Source: an uncultured delta proteobacterium
Lineage (GTDB): Bacteria > Myxococcota_A > Polyangia > Polyangiales > Polyangiaceae
Length of the DNA stretch: 64,000 bases
Assembly (NCBI GenBank): GCA_963841435.1
Contig: CAWJCS010000002.1
Location: forward strand, 64,001 to 128,000
Direction: 5' to 3'
Shown: one piece after another, positions 8,605-19,685 of the stretch
Layout of the letters: every line of letters begins with the position of its first letter
Position numbering within the stretch: the first letter of the stretch is position 1
Position numbers and translations under genes: made by a program
The notes under the pieces: generated by a model
What the model saw: only the letters and a program-made list of their open reading frames with translations
Databases searched by the model: none
Told to the model about the DNA's origin: nothing

Positions 8605-10858
8605 ATGAGAAGTTGGAGCTACGTCGCAGGCATCGCCTTCAGCGCCACGACCTACATGGTCGCATGCGGCACCGATAAGGCCGGAGGCTCCACCGGCGGC
8701 GCCGGAGGGACGGCCCCTTCCGGAGGGAATTTTTCGGGCGGCAGTGGGGGCACCGGCGGCAACGCGTCAGGCGGCTCGAGCGGGGCAGCGGGTGGTGCGG
8801 GCAGCGGCGGGACCAGCTCGCCTGGTGGGGCGTCAACGGGCGGGACGACGGGCGGCGCTGGGTCGGGCTCGGGCGGTGCTGCCGTAGGTGGCGCGTCTGC
8901 GACCGGCGGGACTTCGGCCACAGGGGGCAGCGCGGGTATGCCGGGCCCCGTCGTCGAACAAGCCCAGCACGGACTCGACCTGGAGCGACGGCCTGACGAC
9001 CGGTGCCAACGGGCCGATTCCGTGGATCGTCGTCGATCAATTCGGGTACCGCACGAACGACCAGAAAGTCGCCGTCATTCGTTCTCCCCAAACTGGCTAC
9101 GACAGCAACGCGCCCTTCACCCCCGGCACGCACTACGCCGTCGTGAGCAAGTCGAGCGGGCAACCGGTCAAGGAGGGCGCACCGGCCGCGTGGAACGGCG
9201 GCGGCACCGATGCCGCGTCAGGCGACAAGGTGTGGTGGTTCGACTTCAGCGACGTGACCACTCCAGGCACGTACACGCTCGTCAACACCGAGAAGAACGT
9301 GCGATCGGTGGAGTTCGAAATCGACGACGCCGTTTACCGCAGCGTCCTGAAACACGCCGTGCGGATGTACTTCTACCAACGCGCCGGTTTCGCAAAGACG
9401 GCAGCCTTCGCGGGCGCCGACTGGACGGACGGCGCGAGCCACTTGGGCACGGGCCAGGATTCCCAAGCGCACGCGTGGACGGCCAAGACGGACGAAAGCC
9501 TCGTCCGCGACCTTCGCGGCGGGTGGTACGACGCCGGTGATTCCAACCGCTACACGGCCTGGGCGTCGGGCACCGCGCTAACGCTCCTGCACGCGTTCGA
9601 GGAGAACCCGTCGGCGTTCGGCGACGACTTCGGCATTCCCGAATCCGGCAACGGCATTCCGGACCTGCTCGACGAGGTGAAGTACGCCATCGACTGGGTC
9701 GTGCGCATGCAGAACGCCGACGGCTCGCTTTTCTGCATCCTCGGCTCGGACGGAGCGAGCCCTCCGTCAGCCACAACCGGACCGAGCTACTACGGCCCGC
9801 CGACCACCAACGCCAGCCTGATGGCTGCAGCGCTGTTTGCCTACGCCAGCAAGATCTACGGCGCGCGATCCGAATCGAGCTTGAAGACCTTTGCCTCGGA
9901 CCTCGCGTCGCGAGCCTCCAAAGCGTGGACGTGGGCGGCCGCGAACCCGAACGCTGCTTATCACAACAACGACGACAGCAAGCAGGCCGGCTCGAGTGGA
10001 CTCGGAGCCGGAGACCAGGAAGTGGACGACGCAGGTCGTCTGTTTTCGAAGTTCCAGGCGGCCACCTACCTCTACGAGCTGACGGGAGACGCCGCCTATC
10101 GAACTTTCGCGGAGGAGAACTGGAACAGCATCCTCGGCCCCGGCAGCCCAACCGAATGGGACATGGAACGTGCGGATGCAGCCGTGCACTTTTCCCAACT
10201 CGACGGCGTGACCGGCAGCGTCGCGTCCGCGATCCTCAGCCAGGTAACGACCAACGTTGCGAACCAAATGGGCAACGTCACGAGCGAAAAGGACCCCTAC
10301 CGCGCCTACCTCAGTCAGTACACGTGGGGCAGCAACCAGATCAAGCTGGCGCAGGCTCGTCTCTTCCAACACCTCGCGAAGTACGGAGCCAGTGGCAACT
10401 CGGGGACGGCGGCCGCGGCGGCCGAGGATTACGTCCACTACGTGCACGGCGTGAATCCCCTTGGGCTCGTCTACCTCACCAACATGCAACGCGCGGGAGC
10501 CGAGCACTCCGCCAAGACCATCGCGCACCTCTGGTTCGCCGATAAGTCGCCGCTGTGGGACGAAACCACGGCGACGACTCCGGGCCCCGCGCCCGGTTAC
10601 CTGTCGGGGGGCCCCAATACCGGCTTTGCGCCTGACAGCTGTTGTACGGCCCCGGCCGGTGACCCCGCCTACCAATGCTACGGCTCCGCCGACTTCGCCC
10701 TTTGCAGTCAGAGCTGGTCGCCGCCCATGGGGCAGCCGCCACAGAAGTCGTACCTCGAATACAACGGAGGCTGGCCCGTTGGGTCGTGGCCCATCACCGA
10801 ACCCAGCACTGGCTATCAGGCGAAGTACGTCCTCGTCGTGTCGGCGCTGGCTCGCTAG
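8605..10858 (+). CDS. GH9 glycoside hydrolase lipoprotein (Ig-like CelD_N plus GH9), frameshift at ~8957
   Basis: Lipobox MVAC and Gly-rich linker, then IVVDQFGY, DLRGGWYDAGD, DLLDEVKY, WGSN, HYVHGVNPLG and C-terminal WPITE (catalytic Glu position). Confidence 0.88.
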
Positions 10859-10959
10859 TGCCAGACCCGCAGCCGGCAGTGGGGTCTTGGGCCCCAGCAA
10901 AGAACCACGACGAGCGCCGGGCCTGGCCACCGCGCCCGGCGGCGCTATCCTCTTCTGCC

Positions 10960-11322
10960 ATGACCGATGAGCGCCCGTCCCTTCCGCCTTCTCTGTCTCC
11001 GCGCAGCCGTCTGCTGCGAGCTGCCGTGGCTGGTCTGATCTCGGGGAGCATGGCGGCCTGCTCGTCGTCGTCGTCCGCGACTCCGGAGCAGCAGCCCAAG
11101 CAGGGGACGATCACCTCGACCGAGTACGTCGGGGCGCTCAGTGCCGAGGAGTTTCAGGCGATGTGCGACGAGGCCGGAGGCACCGTCGAAGCGATCGCCC
11201 ACTGCGGTGGGCTCGCCACCGCGGCTGGTTTTGCTTACGACTCGGGCGACGGGACCCTCTCCAAGCACACGTGCGCCGCTGCCAACACCTGCGGCGGCTG
11301 GAACTGCATCACCGACGGCTGA
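10960..11322 (+). CDS. Small Cys-containing lipoprotein
   Basis: Lipobox MAAC; HCGGL...KHTCAAANTCGGWNC. Confidence 0.7.
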   Translation: MTDERPSLPPSLSPRSRLLRAAVAGLISGSMAACSSSSSATPEQQPKQGTITSTEYVGALSAEEFQAMCDEAGGTVEAIAHCGGLATAAGFAYDSGDGTLSKHTCAAANTCGGWNCITDG

Positions 11323-11515
11323 CCGACTGCTCGGCTGGGGTTGCGCGCGAGCGGAGCCCATTTTCCGCCTCCGCTGTCAACCTACAGGGAGACTCGCGAA
11401 GACGCTGCCCAAGTGGGCGCATCTGCTCGCCGCCCATGCGCGCGCTTTGCATTCATGCTTCACTCTCGGGCCCGTGGCGAGGTCAGTGGGTTCCTGCGAT
11501 GCTCGGAAGGTCAGG

Positions 11516-13618
11516 GTGATCGGCAGGGGAGCGTGGGTGCTCGGCGCGGCGGCGACGGTGCTCGCGTGCTCGTCAGCCGGCAGCGGTCCCGGCGGGCTCG
11601 GCGAGAACGGTGGAGGCGCGGGCATCGTCGGTCTGGGTGGTAAGAACGGCGCAGGTGCGAACGGGGGGGCGGGCCCGAGTGGAGGCTCGGGTGCGAGCGT
11701 TGCCGTCGGAGGCACCGCTGGGAACGGCGGGACCGCGGGGAGCGCGGGTGAGGACGACACGCCGACTTACTGTGGCGACGGCCTCATCAATCGCGGTGGA
11801 GAGGTCTGTGACGACGGTAATTCGGTGTCCGGTGACGGCTGCACCGCGGAGTGCGACCAGATCGAGGCGAACTACGCCTGTCCGACGCCCGGGATGCCCT
11901 GTGTGAACACGGTCCGATGCGGCGACGGCCGCGTCGCCGGTACCGAAACCTGTGACGATACGACGCAAACGCCCGTGTCCGGTGACGGCTGCGATGAAAG
12001 CTGTCAGCTCGAAGCGGGCTACGTCTGCCCGGTGCCAGGCGCTGCGTGTCGCCCGATTTGCGGCGACGGCCTCGTGCTCGGGCGTGAGCAGTGCGACGAC
12101 GGCGGCGCGACACCCGGCGACGGCTGTGACGAGAATTGCGCGCTCGAGCCCGGCTGGGTTTGCCCGCCGGGCGAGCCGTGCCGTGAAACCGTTTGCGGCG
12201 ACCAAGTGGTCGAAGGCTCCGAGCAATGCGACGACGGCAACGCCCACCCTTACGACGGCTGCGCCCCGGACTGCACGAAGGAGCCGTCGTGCGGCACGAC
12301 CACGGATCCGGTCGGGAAGTGCGTCTCCACGTGCGGAGACGGCATCCTGCTCGCGTCCGACGGCGAGGAATGCGACGACGGCAACGACCTGCCGAACGAC
12401 GGATGCAGTGCCGATTGCAAGCTCGAGCCCGGCTACGAATGCACGACGTTGCTGGACGATCCCCCCGAGCTCATCGACCTGCCGATCGTGATCCGGGACT
12501 TCCACAATGGGGGCAACAACGGCGGACACCCCGATTTCGGCCCGTTCTGCTGCAACGTGCAGACGGGCATCGTCCTTTCGCTACTCGGGGCCGACAGGAA
12601 GCCCGTCTACGCCGGCACGGATACCGCACCGATCGGCATGACGAGCGGAAAGACCAACTTCGACCAATGGTACCGCAACGTCAACGGCGTGAGCCCGACC
12701 GGCACCAACCTGCGCTTCGACCAGACGATCCGGCTGGTTCGCACCGCGAGCGGCACCTACGAGATGAACAGCGCGACCGACATGCCATGGGCGGCCCTCG
12801 ACCCGCCGGGCTTCTTCCCCATCGACGACCTCGGCTTCGGCAACGAGTATCTCTCCCACAACTACTCCTTCACGAGCGAGCTTCGCTACTGGTTCGAGTT
12901 CAAGGGAAACGAGATCTTGAACTTCAGCGGTGACGACAACGTCTGGGTGTTCGTGAACGGCCACCTTGCCGTGGATCTCGGAGGTGTCCACGACCGGCAG
13001 TACGGCACGATCGCGTTCGACGCGCTGGGCCACGGAAAGGCCTGCACCGGCCAAACCTGCACCCCGGCGGGCGACAGCGATTTTGCCATGCAAGTCGGCA
13101 ACATCTACGAGACGGTCGTTTTCCAGGCCGAGCGGCATCCCGGCGACTCCAACTACTGGCTCACACTCACGAACTTCCTTGCCGGCAAGAGCCAGTGCAC
13201 GCCGGTCTGCGGTGACGGAGTCGTCACGCGGGACGAAGCGTGCGACCTCGGCACCGCGAACAACACCGGTGACAACGGCGGCTGCAACCCCGACTGCACG
13301 CTGGCCGTCTACTGCGGCGACGGCCACGTCAACCCGGGCGAGACTTGCGACGACGGCGCGAATACGAGCCTCTACGGCGGGTGCGCGCCCGGTTGCGTGC
13401 CGGGGCCGACCTGCGGCGACGGCGTGGTGCAACCCCCGTTCGAAGAGTGCGACGACGGCGTCAACGACGGCGGCTACCGCGAATGCAACGAGGACTGCCA
13501 GTACGGGGCGCGCTGCGGAGACGGCAAAGTCGAGCCCGGTCTCGAAGAATGTGACGATGGCGCCGACAACGGAAAGGGCAACTGTCGCGCCGACTGCACC
13601 TTGGTCATCGTGCGCTAA
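11516..13618 (+). CDS. Fibro-slime (PA14-like) lipoprotein with Myxococcus cysteine-rich (DUF4215-type) repeats
   Basis: Lipobox VLAC; many CGDG...E.CDDGN...DGC repeats; IRDF..HPDF, FDQWY, FFPID, HNYSFTSELRYWF, GDDNVWVFVNG and VDLGGVH. Start (GTG 11516) is uncertain. Confidence 0.9.
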   Translation: MIGRGAWVLGAAATVLACSSAGSGPGGLGENGGGAGIVGLGGKNGAGANGGAGPSGGSGASVAVGGTAGNGGTAGSAGEDDTPTYCGDGLINRGGEVCDDGNSVSGDGCTAECDQIEANYACPTPGMPCVNTVRCGDGRVAGTETCDDTTQTPVSGDGCDESCQLEAGYVCPVPGAACRPICGDGLVLGREQCDDGGATPGDGCDENCALEPGWVCPPGEPCRETVCGDQVVEGSEQCDDGNAHPYDGCAPDCTKEPSCGTTTDPVGKCVSTCGDGILLASDGEECDDGNDLPNDGCSADCKLEPGYECTTLLDDPPELIDLPIVIRDFHNGGNNGGHPDFGPFCCNVQTGIVLSLLGADRKPVYAGTDTAPIGMTSGKTNFDQWYRNVNGVSPTGTNLRFDQTIRLVRTASGTYEMNSATDMPWAALDPPGFFPIDDLGFGNEYLSHNYSFTSELRYWFEFKGNEILNFSGDDNVWVFVNGHLAVDLGGVHDRQYGTIAFDALGHGKACTGQTCTPAGDSDFAMQVGNIYETVVFQAERHPGDSNYWLTLTNFLAGKSQCTPVCGDGVVTRDEACDLGTANNTGDNGGCNPDCTLAVYCGDGHVNPGETCDDGANTSLYGGCAPGCVPGPTCGDGVVQPPFEECDDGVNDGGYRECNEDCQYGARCGDGKVEPGLEECDDGADNGKGNCRADCTLVIVR

Positions 13619-13723
13619 ACGTTGGGTTTCGGTCTGGCGGCTCGGTGCGGCCTCGCCCCCGCGGCTGCCGCGGTTCCCAGCCGACCTCGAAAGAGGCATG
13701 ATGTCGGTGTGGGCCAATCCAGC

Positions 13724-14227
13724 GTGACTGCCGAATCCTTGGGACGGGAGGTCTTCCGGCTCTCCTTCCCGGTGCGGGTTCTGAAGACGTCCGTGGTCGT
13801 CGTGTTCGGCGGGCTCACTACGATGGTGGCAGTCTGGGCCGTGACCGCCCTTTCGACGGCGGAGCTCTGGGCCACCGGCGGCTCGCGACAGTTCTTCGTC
13901 ATGATTTCGATCCTGTTCGCGCTGCTCATCACGGTGGGATCGGGCACCGCGCTGTGGCTGCTCAGCCGGGTTCCCCAGGCGCTCGTGGTACGCGAGCGCG
14001 GTATCGTGCTCGAGCAAGGTGCCAGCACCCGATATGTGTCACTCGAAGAGATCGTCGGCATCGACCAGCAGGTCGAAAGGGACTCGCTGTCCTACGTCGT
14101 CTTGCTCGCCGACGGCAGCCACGCCGCCTTTGGCCTGGGCCAGCGACCCGAGGCGGCCGCGGCGGCCATCGTGAAGCAGGCTGGGCTCCTGTGGGTAAAA
14201 GAGCCGTTCAAGGCGCGGCGAGCCTGA
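13724..14227 (+). CDS. Hypothetical membrane protein (2 TM plus a small beta-rich domain)
   Basis: Two hydrophobic segments followed by a soluble beta-rich tail. Start is uncertain. Confidence 0.6.
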   Translation: MTAESLGREVFRLSFPVRVLKTSVVVVFGGLTTMVAVWAVTALSTAELWATGGSRQFFVMISILFALLITVGSGTALWLLSRVPQALVVRERGIVLEQGASTRYVSLEEIVGIDQQVERDSLSYVVLLADGSHAAFGLGQRPEAAAAAIVKQAGLLWVKEPFKARRA

Positions 14228-14292
14228 CATCTCTCGAGCAGGCGAAATTGTGCTCGACCATCCCGAGCCCGCGGGACTTTTCAGCAGAGGTC

Positions 14293-14620
14293 ATGGTGGT
14301 GCGCTCAACCCGCAACGGGTGCAGGGGCATGCATGCTCTGGTGGTGGTGCTCGGCATGGGGGCGCTGGGAGCCGGGTGCGGCGGCTCATGGACCAACGTC
14401 CACACCTGGGGAGCCGCTCCCGGCGCTCGTCTTCGGGGGACGCGCGCTCGGGCTGCAGGGCGGACAGTTTCAGAGCGTGACCGCGCCGCACAACGCGCTC
14501 TGGATGACGATCGCGCAAGCGTTCCTCGCGACGGCGGATCCATTGTCCGAATTCCAGGACGAGGTGTTCTTGAAGACGGACGCCAGCCCGATCCCGGGCC
14601 TCTGGCAGCCCGTTGCCTGA
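14293..14620 (+). pseudogene. Chimeric remnant: lipoprotein signal peptide joined to a DUF1552-like C-terminus
   Basis: AGAGG-ATG, then ...LVVVLGMGALGAGC-GGS, then (shift at gggg 14408-14411) HTW-EPLPALVFGGRALGLQGGQFQ...HNALWMTIAQAF...PIPGLW. Confidence 0.6.
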
Positions 14621-14764
14621 TCCGGGCGGGGCGGACGGGTAGCGCGCCATCGGTGCGAGGAACTTGAGGCGCCTCGTGACGTTTCGGGGTACGTTCCGCC
14701 ACCACGTCGCGGTCGTTGCCGGGAACGGGAGCAATCCGGCGCCACTGCCCGCGCCGGATCCATC

Positions 14765-15412
14765 ATGACCTCGACCATGCGCCTGTTGCCCCGTGAGCTT
14801 CTGGTTCGGACCGGTCCCGTCGACCACGCCGATTGGAACTACCGCGGCTTGCTCGGCTGGGTACAGATGACGCGTTTCCGGCTAATCCTGAAGTTGATGG
14901 GCGACGACCGCTTCGGGCGCCTTTGCGAGCTTGGCTACGGCAGCGGGGTGTTCATGCCCGAGCTCACCCGCCACGCGGGGACCATCTCCGGGGTGGACAT
15001 CCACGATCGCGTCGCGGACGTGACGCGTGCGCTCGCGAAGGACGGCGTGCCGGCGACGCTCAAGCAAGGCGTGGCCGAGGCAATCCCGTTCGACGACGCT
15101 GCGTTCGACGCCGTGGTCGCCGTCAGCGTGCTCGAGTTCGTGACCGACATGGACAAGACCGCCGACGAGCTCTTGCGCGTGCTTTCGCCCGGCGGCTCGC
15201 TGCTCGTGGTGACGCCTGGAGACTCGCCCCTGGTCGATCTGGGCCTGCGCGTGCTCACCGGAAAGTCGGCCAAGGACGACTTCGGCGATCGCCGAAAGCG
15301 CGTGATCCCGGCCCTTTTGTCGCGGTTTCGCCTCGTGCGCCGGGTGGACTTTCCGCGCCCGACCGTGCCGGGCGTGCGCCTTTACACCGCGCTCCGTCTC
15401 GCCCGCGATTGA
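14765..15412 (+). CDS. Class I SAM-dependent methyltransferase
   Basis: ELGYGSG, GVDIH, IPFDDAAFDAV, VLEF, RVLSPGG. Confidence 0.88.
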   Translation: MTSTMRLLPRELLVRTGPVDHADWNYRGLLGWVQMTRFRLILKLMGDDRFGRLCELGYGSGVFMPELTRHAGTISGVDIHDRVADVTRALAKDGVPATLKQGVAEAIPFDDAAFDAVVAVSVLEFVTDMDKTADELLRVLSPGGSLLVVTPGDSPLVDLGLRVLTGKSAKDDFGDRRKRVIPALLSRFRLVRRVDFPRPTVPGVRLYTALRLARD

Positions 15413-15529
15413 CGCCCGCGGGGTCTTCGCGCGCCGCGCGCAAAGCGCCGCCGGTGCCGCGCCGCGGACACCATTTTTGTGGGCCCCGCGACAGGTAGGC
15501 GCTAGATCCGTACCGCGGGTGGCGCGACC

Positions 15530-17044
15530 ATGAAACCTGGTTCGACAGCTGCGTGGGCGCGGCGCGCATCCATCGCTCTGCTTCTCGCTTTCATCGCCGC
15601 CGCCGTCGGCGCCTCGGCGACTCAGGGTGCGTGGATCGACGAGGGGTACTCGTTCGCGACGACCGCGGGTTCCCTCTCGCGCAGCGCTTCGCTCGCGCTG
15701 AACGTGGAAGCGCAGCCGCCCCTCTACTTCATCCTGCTGGATCTCTGGCGTGGCCTCGACGGGTCGCTATTCTTCGCGCGGCTGCTCTCGGCCGCTCTTG
15801 CGACGGTCGCCATCTGGTCGCTGGCGAGCGGCATCCGGGCCGCTCACCCGCGCACCACGCCCTGGCTCGAGCCCGTGACGCTGGCGTTCATCGCGGCACA
15901 TCCGTTCGTGTTCCTGGCCTCCGCGGAGGCGCGTGGGTACGCGCTGCAGCTCGCACTCGGCAGCCTGCTCACCATGACGCTTCTTCGCGCCTTGGCGAAC
16001 GGGCGAGCCACGCGGCGCCACGTCGCCGCCTTCCTGGTCTTCGGCGTGCTCGGGGCGTACACGCACTACTTCGTTGGGTTGACCGCGGCGGTGCTCGTGA
16101 TCGTGGCGCGAGTGTTCGGCTTGCTCTCGACGCGGGCCCTGTTGGTCATAGCCGGGGCGGCCGGCGTCGCATGCCTGCCACTTCTGCCGTTCCTGCACGC
16201 GCATCTGCAGGTCGTCACGACCAGCACCGACGCGGGCATCCTGCCTGGCGCTCAATCGGTGCTCGAGGTGATCGGCTCGAACATCGTGCCGACCGTGACG
16301 TGGCGCGCGCCCCTGCAGATCGGCCTACTCGTGCTCGTCGCCGCCGTCATCGCGGTCGGGCTCTTCCGTGCGAGGCCGGCGGCCTGGACCAGGGTGTCGA
16401 GACCGGCACGCGCCTTGTTGCTCGCCCTGGGTCTCGCCGCCGTGGTCCTTTACCCACTCGCCGTCGTGGGCGGCGCCTCGGCGGTGCGCGAGCGCTACCT
16501 CGCCTCGCTGTTTCCCGTGAGCTGGGGCGCTCTGATCCTGCTCCTCGACGGCGCGGTGGGCGCGCCCCTCGCTTGCTTGACCGTCGGTGGTCTCGCGCTG
16601 CTTTCGGCAGGGCGCTGCGCCAAGATCGTCACGACGGACAGCCGCTCGGGCGGTTGGAAGACGATGAGCGCCTTCATCCGGAACGCCGATGCCCGCGTCG
16701 TCTACGCGTTCCCGTCGGAAGAAGCGCTCGCCGGTCGTTTGATGCTCGGCGGCGACTACGTCGTGCGCGGGTTGCCCCGAGACTACGATGGCACGCGCAA
16801 GCTTTTGGAGAGCGACTTCGCGCTCGAGCCGCTCGACGCGCTTGCGCACCGCATCGAGGGCGTCGCGGGCACCCGACCCTTCTGGGTCACCCTCTCCAGA
16901 GAGCCCGTCGTCCCCGTGGGCACGCCGGACAACCTGACCCATCTGGAGCGCTTCGTCTCTTCGTGCACCAACGTGCTCGCCGCGCACGAGCTCAGAGACT
17001 CGACGTTGCGCCTCTGCACGCTGCGACCGAGCTGCCGGCATTAG
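15530..17044 (+). CDS. GT-C fold membrane glycosyltransferase (GT39/PMT-like)
   Basis: WIDEGYS, QPPLYFILL, RLLS, EARGYAL, YTHYF and ERY motifs with about 10 TM helices. Confidence 0.8.
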   Translation: MKPGSTAAWARRASIALLLAFIAAAVGASATQGAWIDEGYSFATTAGSLSRSASLALNVEAQPPLYFILLDLWRGLDGSLFFARLLSAALATVAIWSLASGIRAAHPRTTPWLEPVTLAFIAAHPFVFLASAEARGYALQLALGSLLTMTLLRALANGRATRRHVAAFLVFGVLGAYTHYFVGLTAAVLVIVARVFGLLSTRALLVIAGAAGVACLPLLPFLHAHLQVVTTSTDAGILPGAQSVLEVIGSNIVPTVTWRAPLQIGLLVLVAAVIAVGLFRARPAAWTRVSRPARALLLALGLAAVVLYPLAVVGGASAVRERYLASLFPVSWGALILLLDGAVGAPLACLTVGGLALLSAGRCAKIVTTDSRSGGWKTMSAFIRNADARVVYAFPSEEALAGRLMLGGDYVVRGLPRDYDGTRKLLESDFALEPLDALAHRIEGVAGTRPFWVTLSREPVVPVGTPDNLTHLERFVSSCTNVLAAHELRDSTLRLCTLRPSCRH

Positions 17045-17053
17045 ACAAGGCGC

Positions 17054-19203
17054 CTAACGCGTCCAACCCAGGCGCAACTCGGCTTTCAACCGGCTGGGAT
17101 CCGGCGTCGGCTGCTTGCAGGATCCGCGAACGCAGACGTACGCGACGGCCTTGCCGTCCCGAGCCCGTTTCCCGGCAGTCGTCGGCATGGCTCGCTCCTG
17201 CGCTCGGGTCGGGCCGTCCGAGCCGACCTCGACGCCCACGACCCAGGGAGGCAAAAGCCCGTTGTACGTCGTCGCCAGGCCCCCGCCCGTCCCGGCGATC
17301 ACGAGCTCGTAGAAGGGCCCTTCGGCGAGCAGGTCGGCGTCGAGCCACCCCGCCATGTCGATGCCACGCTCTCGGATCACGTCCGCGTGTGACCGGAGAG
17401 CGCGCTCTACGGGCTCGAGGAAGGCGTCCTTGCCGGAGAGGGCAGCCAGCTTCTCGAGGACGAGGAGCATCGTCGCGTTCCCCGAGGGCTCGACGCCGTC
17501 CGAGAGCTCAATCCGCCGACCGAGCGGCTCCTGCTCCGCCCCCGAGGTCAGAAACCAACCGCCGCTGGGACTGGCGAATCGATCCGTTGCCTGCTGGACC
17601 AGGCTGAGGGCCTGCGAAAGATAGTCCGGCTCGCCGGTGGCCTCGAACAGCGCGACGAGCCCCCCCGCGAGGAACGCGTAGTCGTCGAGCACGGCCGAGT
17701 TGCCCGCCCGTTTGCCATTCGAGCTTCGCGAAAGCTCGCCGCCGCCGCGACGGTTCAAGCGCCACGCGGCCCGTGCGGCCCGCTCGGCGGCGTCACGGAA
17801 GCGCCGTTCGCCGGAGGCTCGATACCCGAGTGCCAGGGCCCCGATGGCGAGCCCGTTCCAAGCGGTGACCATTTTGGTGTCGTAAGCCGGCTGTGGTCGC
17901 TGACGGCGGAAGGCGAGAAGCTTCGGCCGGCAGCGCTCCCAGAGCTTTTCGTCGAGAGCTCCCGTACGCCCGCTCGGGCGCAGCGTCGGAACGTTGGAGC
18001 CCTCGAAGTTGCCGGGTTGGGTCACGCCCAGGAGCGCTGCGACCGCACGCCCATCCTCTTCACCGAGGGCGGCGCCGAGCTCGCGCGGCGTGAAGAGGTA
18101 GGTGCTCCCTTCCTTGCCGGCCGCATCCGCGTCGAAGCTCGCGCCGAATCCCCCGCTCTCGGTCGTCATGTCCCTCAGCATGAAGTCGAGCGTGTCGAGC
18201 GCGACCAGACGATAGCGGGGCTCGTCGAGCGCAGCACCCGCCTCCAGGTACAGCGCGGCGAGCTGAGCGTTGTCGTAGAGCATCTTCTCGAAGTGCGGGA
18301 CCGTCCAGGTGGGCTCGGTGCTGTAGCGAAAGAAACCACCGCCGACGTGATCGCGAAGGCCGCCCTCCGCCATCGCATCGAGGGTCTTCCGAAGCGCCCG
18401 GCCGATTTCCTCGTCGCCCCACTTCCGGTACGCGTCGAGTAGGAACTTCCACTTGATCGGTGTCGGAAACTTGGTCCTGCCGCGAAATCCCCCCTGCTTT
18501 CGTCGACCATGCCGAGTGCCTGCCGCGCGAGGGCGTGAAGCTCGGACGGCTCGAGCGCCGCGCGGGCTTTTTCGGGCTGCATCGCCGCGATGCGCCGGTA
18601 GACCTCGGCACCGCTGTTCTCGACGCCGTTGCGATCGGTCCGGAACTTCTCCGCCGCGCTGCGAATCAGCTCGAGAAGACGTTCGTGCGGAAAGTACGTG
18701 CCTCCGAAGAAGGGCCGTAGCGACGGCGTGAGGAAGGTCGTCATGGGCCACCCGCCGCTTCCCGTCATCGTCTGGACGGCCTCCATGTAGACCTGATCGA
18801 GGTCCGGTCGCTCCTCGCGGTCAACCTTGATCGAGATGAAGTGCTCGTTCAAGAAGCTCGCCACGTCGTCCTGCTCGAAAACCTCCTGCTCCATGACGTG
18901 GCACCAATGGCAAGAGACGTACCCGATCGAGAGAAAGATCGGACGATCGAGCTTCACGGCGAGCGCCAACGCCTCGGGGCCCCAGGGGTACCAGTCGACC
19001 GGATTGTGGGAATGCTGGCGGAGATAGGCGGACGCCGCTCCAACGAGGTGGTTGCCCTGTTGGCGGATCTGCTCCGGGGTGCGAGTGAGAGCGGGCGCGG
19101 CTCGCGGCGGCGCCGCGTCGTGGCCGGCCTCGCGCGACGAGGCCCGGCACCCGAGAGCGAGCGCGAGCCCCAGGGCGGCGACGACTCGCAAGCGAACGAG
19201 CAT
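17054..19203 (-). CDS. YyaL/SPATA20-family thioredoxin-domain (DUF255) protein with lipoprotein signal, frameshift at ~18499
   Basis: [38 protein letters not shown]; second frame has [33 protein letters not shown] and EPSGN. Confidence 0.92.
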
Positions 19204-19239
19204 GTTTCCCAGCATAGTCCCAGAGTGAGCGTGCGCTCT

Positions 19240-19685
19240 GCCGAGTCCCACGGCGTGCTCTTTGCCGAGAAGGCCTACTACGCCCTGCTTTTTTCTCGCG
19301 GGAACGGCCGCCGACATCGCGCTCCTCACCCGACAGCTCACGGTCTTTTTCGTGTCCATCGACGCCAAGCGCGGTGCGGATCTCACGCGCACGCCGTTCG
19401 CCGCTTTCGAAGCGGCGATCAGCTCGCCGGCGAGCTACGCCGATTCCCAACCGCTCGGTCGGGAGCTGCGCGCCGCGGGGATCGAGGCGTGTCGCTATCG
19501 TTCGGCGCGGGATCCCGGCGGCGGCAAGAACTTCGCGCTCTTCGAGCCCGCCTTCGCCGTCAAGAAGCCGCGGCGTACCGAGCGCTGGATTGCGACCGCA
19601 AGTCGCTCGCTCGTCGAATTCAAGCCGGGCCTGGCCGTCAGGGGCGAGCGCGCCAGCTTCGCCCGCAGTGCTGCCGACCGCCGGG
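19240..19685 (+). pseudogene. RES-domain (NAD+ phosphorylase toxin family) C-terminal remnant
   Basis: [10 protein letters not shown] (shift in the T-run at 19289-19294) LAGT...[39 protein letters not shown]. The N-terminus is absent and no antitoxin is adjacent. Confidence 0.75.
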
